Part shown: piece after piece, positions 49,688 through 61,077 of the stretch
How the letters are laid out: each line of letters begins with the position of its first letter
How positions within the stretch are numbered: position 1 is the first letter of the stretch
Assembly (NCBI GenBank): GCA_963514005.1
Contig: OY740795.1
Span: 40,300,001 to 40,364,000 of the forward strand
Direction: 5' to 3'
DNA: 64,000 nt
DNA from: Raja brachyura
Taxonomy: Eukaryota
The notes under the pieces: generated by a model
Seen by the model: the letters and a program-made list of their open reading frames with translations, nothing else
Told to the model about the DNA's origin: nothing
Databases searched by the model: none
Made by a program: the position numbers and the translations under genes

Positions 49688-49768
49688 TTATTTCTCAAGG
49701 CCAGTGTGAATGTCACGGAATTAGCTGATATCATCATACAGCAAAATTATGTTGGAAGTGTTATTCGG
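49688..49768 (+). CDS. BCCIP: BCCIP exon 3
   Basis: LFLKASVNVTELADIIIQQNYVGSVIR|gtacgg. Confidence 0.93.
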
Positions 49769-50194
49769 GTACGGTAACATCAACCACAAAGTGGTTATCA
49801 TACATTGGTTTTAAATGTATCCGAGTAGAATTTAGGGAATAATAATGACTGGGTAATAAGAATATTGTTATTCGTTTGATTTCTGAAATTGGTTGATAAC
49901 CCCAACAAATTTTCTGTGTGCATGCAGCTTGTTAAAATTAACTAATATTTTATGTTTTAAAAAAAGTGATTTTTTCTTGATCTCTCGATGAATATTTTGT
50001 TTTTATCTTATGTATGCTAACATTTCATATCTACTGAAAAGCAGAACCATAAAAATGTGTCTTAAAACGGAATGCAGGAAACATTCAGAAATTCAGACAG
50101 TGCTGATTTCAGACTTTTATGTAATTGTTATTAAAGAATTGCCTGTGGTAGCTTAATCAATACTTTATTAGAAATTATAATACATTGACCCCAT

Positions 50195-51075
50195 GTCCCT
50201 CATTTTATACACCTCTGTAAGATCCCTCGGTCTCCTATGATCCAAGGAATTAATTCCTAGCCTGCATATCCTCTCCCCATAACACAGTTCTTTGAGTCCT
50301 GGCAATATACGCTTTCCACCTTAATGACATCTTTCCTATAGCACTGAACAAAACTGAGTGCAGCCTTGTCAATGTTTTTTTATAACTTCAATAAAGTGTC
50401 CCAACTTCTATACTCGATGTCCATACGAATGAAGGCCAACATAACAAAAGCCTTATTCACCACCCTGTCTATCTGTGTCGCCACTTTAGAGGAATTATGC
50501 ATGTACTCCCAGGTCCGTCTTCTATAACACTCGACAGAGCTCTACCGTTCATTGTGAAAATTCTACCCTCCATTGACTTCCCAAATACAACTAGCCTGGA
50601 ATAAATGTTATCATTCCTTGGTTTAAGTGCCCAGCTGATCAAGGTCCTGCTGTATCTCGACAACCTCTTTCACTGGCTGTGATACCACCTGTTTTAGTGT
50701 TGTCTGCAAACTTACTAACCATGCCTTGTACATTCTCATCTAAATTGTTGATACAGATGACACACAACAAAGGGCCCAGCTCTCACCCCAGAGGCACACT
50801 ACTAGTTGTGGTTCTCCAGCCCAAAAAACAAAATTTCACCAAGAACCTGTACTTCCTACCATAAAGCAAATTATACATCCAACTTGCTATCTCTCCTGAG
50901 ATTCCATGATATCTGACATCACAGAGCAGCCTACCATGCAGAACCTTATTAAAGGTCTTGGTGAAGTCGATGTAGACTACCTCTACTGCCCGACCCTCAT
51001 CAATTTCTTAGTTACCTCAAACTCAAATAAATTTGTGAGACAAGATCTCCCCACAGGCAAAGCCATGCTGACTAT
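50195..51075 (-). mobile_element. Decayed CR1 LINE
   Basis: GTTTTAGTGTTGTCTGCAAACTT (FADNTK), GGCACACTACTAGT, AAAGGTCTTGGTGAAGTC CR1 RT remnants. Confidence 0.7.
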
Positions 51076-51497
51076 ACCTTCATTCCTGTCTTTCCAAATG
51101 CATGTTTATCTTATCCCATAGAATCCCTTGCTGTAACATACCTGCACAGATATTGGGCATGCTGGTCATTTACATGGATGAGAATTCTGTGGCTATTTGA
51201 GAACCTACTGCTGTCATGCAGCTGGTTAGAAGTCAGAAGAGTAAAATAGAATATTGGTGTGCAGAGCAGGTCTTTCAGAATGGGTAAATGCTTCAGGTGA
51301 ATATTTAATATTGCCTGATAGTTTCTCTTTCCCCAAATCTTGTATTTAAATTGTTCCACATACATTTCAGCTAGGAATAAGATTAGTACAATCTTAATTC
51401 TTAAATATCGTTGGTTTTTTTTAAAGTTACCTTTACAAGCCAATGATGTGTCTTAGAATAAGAACTGTTGACGTATAACAACTTTGATATTCCTGTC

Positions 51498-51789
51498 ATA
51501 GAAACATAGAAAATAGGTGCAGCAGTAGGCCATTCGGCCCTTCGAGCCTGCACCGCCATTCAATGTGATCATGACTGATCATCCAACTCAGTATCCTGTT
51601 CCTGCCTTCTCTCTATACCCCCTGATCTCTTTAGCCACAAGAGCCACATCTAACTCCCTCTTGAATATAGCCAATGAAGTGGCCTCAACTACCTTCTGTG
51701 GCAGAGAATTCCAGAGATTCACCACTCTCTGTGTGAATAATGTTTTTCTAATCTCGGTCCTGAACGATTTCCCCCTTATCCTTAAACTT
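51498..51789 (-). mobile_element. CR1 LINE 3' end
   Basis: SLRIRGKSFRTEIRKTLFTQRVVNLWNSLP; (CATAGAAA)n tail. Confidence 0.85.
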
Positions 51790-51890
51790 GTCAAACTTAA
51801 TGTTTTTAAGTAGTGTACTATAATTGTATATGTTCTGAAATTAAAGCAAAGCGAGGTTTCGGAAACCTAATGTTATTTTCTATTTCAAAG

Positions 51891-51980
51891 CAAGCTGAAA
51901 TCTTTGATGAAAATACTGACGAAGATGAAGAAGGTGGTGTTTTTGGATTTATCACAGTTGTAAATCTGACTGAAAAAAAG
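51891..51980 (+). CDS. BCCIP: BCCIP exon 4
   Basis: QAEIFDENTDEDEEGGVFGFITVVNLTEKK|gtatgt. Confidence 0.92.
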
Positions 51981-52659
51981 GTATGTAGATTACATACATT
52001 AAGTGGTCCAAACAGAATGTTACATTCTTTGGGACTGAACTATTCTTCACACTTGAATAACGTTTGGTCATCTATACATTGTAGAATCATGGTAATTGTA
52101 ACTCTGGCTGCTTAATTGTTCTGCATTAGGTCATCTTAGGGAACTTAATTGTTTAGCAATTGCACGAATGCTAACTTCTAAGTTCATGAAATACCATTGA
52201 GTTCTTTTACATTTTTATTGTTTGACCATGGTGACTGCAAGTAAAACTTTTGTGAGGTGCAACTACATCCTTGTGCGAATTCATTAAATCACTGGATGAT
52301 TTTGCTATTTTTCGTTTCTATGTTCACCATTTGTTCTTGTATATAAAACTGATAACGTACAACATAAAGGCAAAATAACACCCGTGCACCAACATTGTGT
52401 CAGTTTTGCAGCATGGGTTCACCACTTTATGTTTTGAGATGAACTCATCAAGCAATTCACAAAATGAATATCACTACAAGAAGGCAGACAATGAACATTA
52501 CATCAATATTGTTCGAACTTATAGTGAGCAATTGCAAAGTTGTTCAATGGTTATGGGGAGAAGGCCAGAGAAGGGGGAAAAATGGATCGGCCATGATCAA
52601 ATGTGAGCAAACTCGCTGAGCCAAATGGCCTAATTCTATGTCTTATGGGTATGAAACTG

Positions 52660-53507
52660 GATCGTTATCGTTCAAGAGGAGGGGCTGCAGCGGCTGCAAA
52701 ATGAAGACTGCTCCAAAAGATGAAGTCTTGCTGATTGGGGAAAGTAAGGAGGAACCAAGAAAGATGAACAATGCCCTGAATAAAGATTTGGAGATGGGAA
52801 TCTCAATAAGCTAAAGCACAGTGCACCAACGCCTCATTGAAATTTGTTGTATAGCCAGAAGACCTGTACGGGGGGGGGGGACTTTGAACTGGTGTGATGA
52901 CAAAAAATTATACCATGGGGCCATAAAATATAAAGATTGGACATGTGATGACTGGCAAAGGGTATTATTCAGCGATGAAAGCATTTCCTGGTTCAAGGCC
53001 AATGTAGCCAACATATTTGGAGATCTGTCAGCGAATTGGTGAGATAAATGCCACATCGACCAGCTTGTCAAACATCTTGAAAAGATGTTCTGGGGTTGTT
53101 TCAGCTACTGTGGTGCTGGTCCGCTGCTCCCAGTTGACAGAATGATGAGATCGTAGCAATATATTGACGTGTTGCAAAGAAGAATAATGCCTGAGGTGGC
53201 AAAGACTTTTCCACGTGGATCTGGTATATTCCAGCAAGCCCTTGCACCATGCCACAGGCCAAGGGTACTGACCCAATTTTTCCAGAAGGGGATACATGTC
53301 TTGACTGGCCTGATACCTCGCCTGACCTGACTCAGATTATGAATTGTGGTCAGTTATCAAGGAGTGGCTAAAGGGAAAGAACTGTATCATGAGACAAAAA
53401 CTCAACAAGGCCATAATTCAGGTGGAGTACTGAGATTAAAAGATCATTGGAAACTGTCATAATCTGGTCAATTCCATGCCAAGCTGTATCAATAACTTGA
53501 TAAAGAA
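52660..53507 (+). mobile_element. Tc1/mariner transposase relic
   Basis: KDWTCDDWQRVLFSDES (Tc1 first catalytic D region), TTCCAGCAAG..GCACCATGCCAC and TGGCCTG..TCGCCTGACCTGA (SPDL) remnants. Confidence 0.7.
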
Positions 53508-53820
53508 GTTTTAAAGAAGGAACTGCAGATGCTGGAGAATCGAGGGTTACACAAATAGCTGGAGAAACTCAGCGGAGTTGGTCCTTAAAAAAACTCTCCG
53601 TCGGCTCCACGCATTCCATTCCCCAGGCCCCCATCCTCTCATCTTCACCATGGACGTCCAGTCACTATACACCTCCATCCCCCACCAGGATGGTCTCAAA
53701 GCCCTCCGGTACTTCCTCGACCAGATGAGCAACCCATACCCATCCACTGACACCCTCCTCCGCCTAGCGGAGTTGGTCCTTAAAAAATCTGCACCCGCTG
53801 AGTTTCTCCAGCTTTTTGTG
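53508..53820. mobile_element. Rearranged Penelope mini-insertion (RT fragment between inverted terminal-repeat pieces)
   Basis: IFTMDVQSLYTSIPHQDGLKALRYFL (Penelope RT); flanking direct repeat TAACTTGATAAAGAA at 53493-53507 and 53821-53835. Confidence 0.85.
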
Positions 53821-54174
53821 TAACTTGATAAAGAATCATGGTTGACATATAATGGTCCAATGATAATGAATAAAAAGGTAGCCCTGCTACATGCATTGAC
53901 TTGTTTATATCTGAGTGTATGCTTGAGTGGTAACATTTTAACTTTCAGAACATTTTTGGAATGGGGAAAGTTGCAGATACCCAGAGTAACATTCACTGTT
54001 TATTATAAAATAATTCAAGTGTTGCTTTTGTGAATATACTTGTTTCATCTGTTACGTGTAATTAAATTAGTGGGTGGAATAATTAGTGGCAGTGCACATA
54101 GAATCTGGGAAACAATTTCTTAAATAATTTTGTGAACATTGTGGAATACAAGTCATTGAAGTAACTCTTACTTC

Positions 54175-54440
54175 TTAGAATAAAGGGGAAGCCATTTTGG
54201 ACTGAGGTGAGAAAAAACCTTTTCATCCAGAGAGTTGTGAATTTGTGGAATTCCCTGCCAAGCCACTGGATGGATTTAAGAGTTGGATAGAGCTCATGGG
54301 GCTAGTGGAATCAAGGGATATGGGGAGAAGGCAGGCGCGGGTTATTGATTCGGGACGATCAGCCATGGTCACAATGAATGGCGGTGCTGGTTCGAAGGGC
54401 AGAATGGCCTTCTCCGCTCCTATTTTCAATGTTTCTATGT
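54175..54440 (+). mobile_element. CR1 LINE 3' end
   Basis: AGAGTTGTGAATTTGTGGAATTCCCTGCC...GGATATGGGGAGAAGGCAGG...TTTCTATG. Confidence 0.8.
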
Positions 54441-55344
54441 AACATCTGATGCTTTGTGTATGTTTATGCTTTAAAAGAAATGTACATTTCCATAAATGGT
54501 GTACAGTAGTTATGTACCTACATTATGTACCTGAAATAGTTGGGAGGTGAAAATCTAAAAAATGCAAATACAAAATCAAATATTTAAAAAATAAAAAAAA
54601 TGCTGGAAAGACTCAGCAGGTAGGGCTTCAGTTGTGGGAAGAAATGAAGAACGCTTCAGGTCAAAGGCCCTTTGTCCAAACTGATCTGTAATGTTTATGT
54701 TTTTTCTCCCTACAGATGCTGATTCGTTGAGTTTTTTCCTTAATATTTTCTGTTATGTATCAAATTTCCAGAATCCTCAGATCTCTTATTTTCAAACTTT
54801 GCGGGTGAGCAAAATGGGTTGACCTATATTCTAGCAATTGGCTGATTAATTGACAGGAAAATAGTTGTGGTTTCATTTTTAAAAAAAACACACAATACTT
54901 TTTAGGGAGATAAAATTATCTCTCCAAATTAAACCGCTTCACAAAATTTGGTTAAAACACTTAATATTTGCATATTCTCTACTATTAACTTGGAAAAGAA
55001 ACTACTTCATTTTGCTAGTTTGTTAACTGTGAATTATAATGAAATTTGGAAACAATGAAAATGCTTGATTGATGGCCTGGGTAAATCCAGGCTTTTGCCT
55101 TCTGTCAAAGATTTCTAGAGGAGTTTCATGCACGGGGCTCGTTATCATCTAATTAGGTTGCTCGAGGCCCTGCCCATTCATGAACCTTGCTGTTGACCTC
55201 TCCAATCCAGCGATATTGATTTTCCTGATCTAGAGATGGCTAACCTGCTTGCTCTATTCTGTGTCATAAGGACAAGTAAATAAAAATTTGTGAAAAGTTT
55301 TGTATCTTTATCTTTTTGCAACTGTGTGTGGGAAATCATATCTC

Positions 55345-56395
55345 AATCTTGAATTTTTGAAGATATCACCAAAAGGATTGTTGAAGGTTGTGGGCATTAG
55401 TCTATATGGAGTTTAGCAAGTTATTTAATAAACTCTCATGCTAGCCCAGACTGATCTAGCCAATAGATTCAAAATAGGCTAGGTGGAAGGATTCAGAAGG
55501 TGGTAATGGAGGCTCAGTTTCTGTTTGGAGGCCTGTGACCAGTTGTGTGCAGCAAAGAACTCTGAGTCAACAGTTGTTTGTCATCTATATTGATGGTTTG
55601 GATGTCATTGTAGTCTGTCATAATTAGTAAATTTGATGATACAAAAATTGATATTACATTTGACAACAAGGAGGGCTATCTAAGTTTACACAAGGATGTC
55701 AACTCTGGCGGGTGAAATTTAACCCAAACCAGGGAAGCACTTGAGCAGTAAATGGTGGGGCCCTTTAGAGTTATTGAGTAGAGAGACCAAAAGGTACAGA
55801 TAGGATTCCACGTAAGTGGCAATGTGGGTAGATAGGATGGTGAAAAAGACGTTTAGCATGCGTGCCTTCATCGATAAAGCCATGGAATACAGGAGTTGGA
55901 ATGACGTGCTATAGTTGTACAAGAACTCAGAACACATTTGCAGTATTGCGTGCAGTTCCCGTTACCCGGCCATGGAAGGATGTCATTAAGCTGAAATAGG
56001 TGCAGGAAAGATTCACCAGGTTTTACTAAAGCTAGAGATGTATGGCAAGGCTGAGACATTGTCCCTGGAGTGTAAGAGGGCTGAGCTCCAGTCAGGACCC
56101 CATACTAAGCAATTATGTAGTAGACAAAATCGTGAAGATAAGATGAATGGCCAGTCTTTTTCCCCAGAGTGGACAGAGTCTAGAGAGCTAGAGTCTAGAA
56201 CTAGAGAGCGTGGATTTAAGGCGTGAAGATTAAAAAACCCAAAGGGCAATTTCTTCACGCAGTGGGTGGCATATGGAGCTGCCAGAAGAAACGGTAAAAG
56301 CAGGTACAATGGTGAATCTTCAAAGTAAGGTTTAGAGATGTGGACCAAACACATGCAAACCGGACTAGTTCAGCTATAAAACATGGAGTGGCCCA
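55345..56395 (+). mobile_element. Decayed CR1 LINE
   Basis: TAGTAAATTTGATGATACAAAAATTG (FADDTK remnant), GCAGTATTGCGTGCAGTTC, CR1 3' region. Confidence 0.7.
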
Positions 56396-56649
56396 AAAAA
56401 AACCTTTTTCATACTTGATGATTATTTATTTCCCTACAGTTTTCAAAATGAGCTGCAGTTGATTCCATATAGCAAAATATGATAAACGTTTGAATGTACT
56501 GTATCTTCTCTAATAGCTCTAGTAATGTTATGAATGACGATGTGAATGATTTGTATGTTTCTCGTGAGAAATGGTGCGCCATTTTGCTACACATCTATAC
56601 CTGGTATTGTAATGATTAGTTTGACTATCTGATGTTGTTCTCATTTTAG

Positions 56650-56834
56650 GGAACTGAATCAGTAGAACAGATTAAAGATTTGGTTCTGAGCCAGTGCAAG
56701 ACCCATCATCAGACGGCAGCTGAGCAGCTGGAAAAAATACTAAATGACAACAGCAAGCCTGTGAACATTCTCATCAGTGAGCGCTTCATTAATGTGCCAC
56801 CTCAGATCGCTCTGCCCCTGCACAAACAACTCCA
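56650..56834 (+). CDS. BCCIP: BCCIP exon 5
   Basis: GTESVEQIKDLVL...ISERFINVPPQIALPLHKQL; phase 0 to 2. Confidence 0.94.
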
Positions 56835-58043
56835 GTAAGGACCACATACTGAGCAATTATGTTGTAATAAAAGGCAGTGAGACTGGTTAAAAGTTATTGT
56901 TATGGATAGAAACAAAGTATTGATTAGTGTTTAAGGCTTCTGCTGTTCAATGCATACTGTGATAATTGTACTTGCTGGTTAGCGTGTTCTGTTTTATAAA
57001 AAGAGACGAGATGTCAGAAGTTTGTTCATTAGGCACTTTGTATTTGCTCTTTGTATTTAACGGCTGAGAATTCTGACATGGCATTTGGTGATATAGAGTT
57101 ATGTTTTATTTCTGTAACTTAAAAGATCCATATCAGTATTTTTTTAAATGTTGGTGCATCTTGCCTAATTTCATGCATTCCAGTAACTTTCAAGAACAGT
57201 CTATAATTCTAATTTTGTGCCACCCCTGAAATGGATGCACATTTTACAGCCTATATAAGCTATTAATGACAGCTTACATTTCAAAATCATCTCTAACATA
57301 ACAGTTTGTATTATTGTGGGATAAATGAAACTCCAATGAATGTTACAGATCTAGCAGCTTACAGCTGGGCACCCATAAGGTATCATGGGTCACCAACCAG
57401 TGACCTGGCATCAGTACATGCTCTACTTTTACTGTTTACTACACCTTAGCCATAAGGCATTTGAAAATAAGTGTAACCAGGCAGTAATTGTAAATAGCAG
57501 AATTGCATACTGCCATAGTGATTGAATTTTATGCCTTCCTTACACTCCTAAGGGCAATTCAGCAGTAAATCAGCCTGGTTCAATGGATAATGTATAAAGA
57601 TAAGACCATCAGTAGGCATTTGTTCCATAATGTAGGAAATCCACAATTTGCAGTTATGTACACCTTTCCACTTTCCACAAGACTAAGCAGTTAAATAGTC
57701 TCGTAACTAGAAAGTTGGAGCCAAGTTCTAACAAATTAAGGGATGAAACAGTGGGGAGGATATTTATGATGCATGTCACAGATGCAGTGATAATCAAATA
57801 ATATAGTAGATATTTTATGAAACCGTTGCTATGCTTCAGTCAATTGAAGATCATGCTGCACATTCTTCCATTGATGCTGAGTGCTTCTGAAGATTTGTTT
57901 CTATTTCTGATTTCCAATGTTGCTGTCTTCTGCAATGTTCTTAAATTAATTGAAAATAGTGCACTTCAATTTACCATCTTATTTGTAAGCCATGTCATGG
58001 AAATGTTTTCCTAGTTTTTTTTTCTTACTTTTTGATTGTTTAG

Positions 58044-58212
58044 AACAGAATTGGTTGACGCCCAGAAGACTGGTAAATCTTGTGGCAAGTGTCATTATTA
58101 CCTTATCATCAGCAAGGCCTGTGTTGAAGTTGGAAAGAAAAAGCCAAATCAAAAGGGCAAACCGAAAGAAGATTTAAGGTTTGCAAATGCAGAAGACGAG
58201 TTCTTTTATGAG
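58044..58212 (+). CDS. BCCIP: BCCIP exon 6
   Basis: TELVDAQKTGKSCGKCHYYLIISK...FANAEDEFFYE|gtgggt; phase 2 to 0. Confidence 0.93.
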
Positions 58213-58469
58213 GTGGGTTATTCCTCTTGCCATTTGCTCAATGGTGTTGGGTTAGATCATTAATGCTTCAAGCTTATGTCAGAGTTAGCATGTCCCACAT
58301 TTCAAAGTCAATTTTATTCGTCACATGCACAAGAAGGTGCAGTGAATGAATTCATGTGTTAATGTTATGCCTGTGAAACATATGCATCCATCATAATATA
58401 AAATCAAATACATTTTGTTTTGTACCTTGATTTTGATTTCCCATTTCTAATTATTTGCCTTTGTTCTAG

Positions 58470-58640
58470 CAATCTTCTCTGAAATTCAGCTACAGCGTGG
58501 AAAATGAGTGTGACAGCTGTCTATCTGGACGATGGTCATTAGATGACGTTCCCATGAAACCTCTTCGTGTTGTGATGCTAATTCCTGCTGACCGTTTAAA
58601 TGCAGTTATGGATAAACTCAAAGAATACTTATCTGTATAA
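58470..58640 (+). CDS. BCCIP: BCCIP last exon (beta-type C-terminus)
   Basis: QSSLKFSYSVENECDSCLSGRWSLDDVPMKPLRVVMLIP...KLKEYLSV*; AATAAA at 58687; joined CDS 918 nt = 305 aa. Confidence 0.94.
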   Translation, partial: QSSLKFSYSVENECDSCLSGRWSLDDVPMKPLRVVMLIPADRLNAVMDKLKEYLSV

Positions 58641-58883
58641 ACAATATCTTTCAAAATACTTTACATTGATATGGTTTTAATGAACAAATAAAATTTGTTT
58701 TTTAGGCAAAAGAATATTAAACTTTTACAAAGTAAATCTGAAATCTAAGCTTTGAAATAATGTACTTCTCCCTTCACAAGATTTTAGAGTCATTCAATTC
58801 ATTGTGAGAGGTTGTGCTACAATCACATTGTGTGCGGTAAGCTTATGATCTTCTCCAATCCAGTAATTGTGCAAGTTAGCCCA

Positions 58884-59076
58884 TTATTGAATGGTACATT
58901 TGTCTTCATAGGGATGGCTGAGGTTTTTCTCTGTTGTATCATTTTCTTTGTTTATCCCATGGTGTCGTTCTCCATCTGTTGACAGTTTTAACCTATCAAT
59001 AATTTCCTGTAGTAGTTCTTTACTCTCGCTGTGGGGCATGTTACTGAAGTAGTACGGAGGAGTAAGCTGCACAAAC
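58884..59076 (-). CDS. DHX32: DEAH-box helicase 32, last exon
   Basis: cag|G TTT; FVQLTPPYYFSNMPHSESKELLQEII...KCTIQ*. Confidence 0.9.
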
Positions 59077-59446
59077 CTGGAGAGAGAGATACATTTAAAT
59101 TAGAAAAGCTGATTTCACAAACATATCTTGATGTGGCTGTGTGGCGGGGTTACTTTCCAGCAATGCTGAATTTATGCAACTTAAATTGTCTGCTGGCACT
59201 CGGAATAATTAACAATCACTGGCGGGTGACTTTGTACTATGCAGGGATCATGATTAAATCAACTGAGGCCACCAATTTATCCTTGCATCTCAATCTTAGA
59301 CAGAGGGTAATGTAGGCTTCATTGGTATAAACCTGAACTTGATCAATGGTACTGGCATTTTTTTCCTGAAATAAAATATTTAATTTAGACTTCTATATTA
59401 GTGTTGCACTAGCCAATGGATGTTGGAAGCATTTTACCTGGACTGG

Positions 59447-60995
59447 TGATAGACACAAAATGCTGGAGTAACTCAACAGGACAGGCAGCATGTCTGGAGA
59501 GAAGCAATGGGTGACGTTTCGGGTCGAGACCCTTCTTCGGGTGAGGTTAGAGTGGGTTTGAGGAGTGGAAAAGTTGAGACAGTTGATGTCACGCTGGCAG
59601 GTAGAAATAAAGAGGTCTAGAGTGGGTAGAAGGCTGTTCTGGGGTGTCCCAGGAGGAGGACCGTTGGAGAAGGGGTCATCACTGGGTGGTGAGGACTCCT
59701 TCCCATAGATAAAAGCACGGAGGTGACGGAAGAAAAGCTCTGCGTCGTGGAGGACCCAGAGCTCGTTGAGGTGGGGGGGGAATGAAGATGACGCCTCGGT
59801 TGAGGACAGACCGTTCTGTATCAGAAAGGGGGAAGTCAGGGGGGGTGGTAAAGACACAACAAGGGTTGGGATCAGAGGAGGGCTGGGGAGTGGTCAGAGG
59901 CCGTAGCCAGGTCTGGTGGGTGTTCATAAAGGGGGGGGGGGGGGGCGTGGTTAGGGTAACCTGGAAAAAAGGGGTGAGGGGAAGATCCATCACTACTGCG
60001 GTTCCCTGTAGGGGGTGAGGGGAGCAGTAGGACCCAGCAGTTCTCCTGACATGAGAGTGCATCCTGGAGACTGGGCCCGGTGCTGAGCCTGGAACTCTGG
60101 AGAGGCGAGGGTTGGCGGAGTCCCTGGTGGAGGCCCATGGGGGTGCTGGAGTAGAGGTACGGGTCGGTGGCGGCATTGGTCCCTAGGAGACATGGTCGGC
60201 GGCAGCAGTGACCCCAGGGAGGCGGTGAGAGTTGGCATCGGTGGCAGTTTCAGTGGTCTGGGCAGTGGATGTTGCTGCTGCTCCTCGTGGCTTGGCCTCA
60301 TGGTGTTTGGGCAGACGGCGTTGTCCAGTGGTGGAGCCCCGGGTTTGTGGGCAGTCGAGTCGAGGAGTGTCGGTGGAAGGACCGGTCTGGAGGCAGGCAA
60401 GCTTGTAATCTTTAGTAGAGTCCAGGTAGGCGAGGAAGCGTATGTTGTGGGCGTGGATCTGGCATTGAATGAAGTACAGTTGGGGTCCATTGCAGGTCTG
60501 GGCGAGTGAGGCCTGGAGCTGTGGGAGAGTCAGAGTGAGGGCCTGCTGGTGCCGGCGCATCACAGCCAGTGAAGAATGCAGGGCATGGAAGGAGAACTGT
60601 TGTGGAAAAAGGCACATTGACAGTTGGTACCCGTATTACGGGTTAGGTTCGAACAGAGATGTCTGGAACCGGAGCGGGAATCCACGAGATTGAAGATGGA
60701 AGCTCAGGCAAGCACCGAGAAAACACGTGACTGGGAGCGAGTCTGGGTTAAAATGTGGTCGTAGATTTGGGGTACAGCAAGAGAGGATGTTGGAAAACTC
60801 GTCGTATGAGAGAGGAGGAGAACTTCAAATTACACATCTTGAAGAGATTTTGCAGTGGAGCAGACAAAATGTGTAGGGAGGAACTGCAGATGCTGGTTTA
60901 AACCGAATATAGAGACAACAAGCTGGAGTAACTCAGCAGGACAGGCAGCATCTCTGGAGAGAAGGAATGGGTGACATTTCAGGTCGTGACCCTTC
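59447..60995 (-). mobile_element. Penelope-like element: terminal repeat, 5' ORF part, second terminal repeat; bounded by a 12-bp TSD
   Basis: TACCTGGACTGG at 59435-59446 and 60996-61007; direct terminal repeats 60865-60995 and 59447-59538; LSDTERSVLNRG..FIP and DAELFFR peptides typical of the Penelope N-terminal region. Confidence 0.85.
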
Positions 60996-61077
60996 TACCT
61001 GGACTGGCGCTCTTCTGCAATGGTCGGCAGCAGCACAGTGTCACTTTAGAGTGCAAGAGCTCTTCTATATAATGTTA

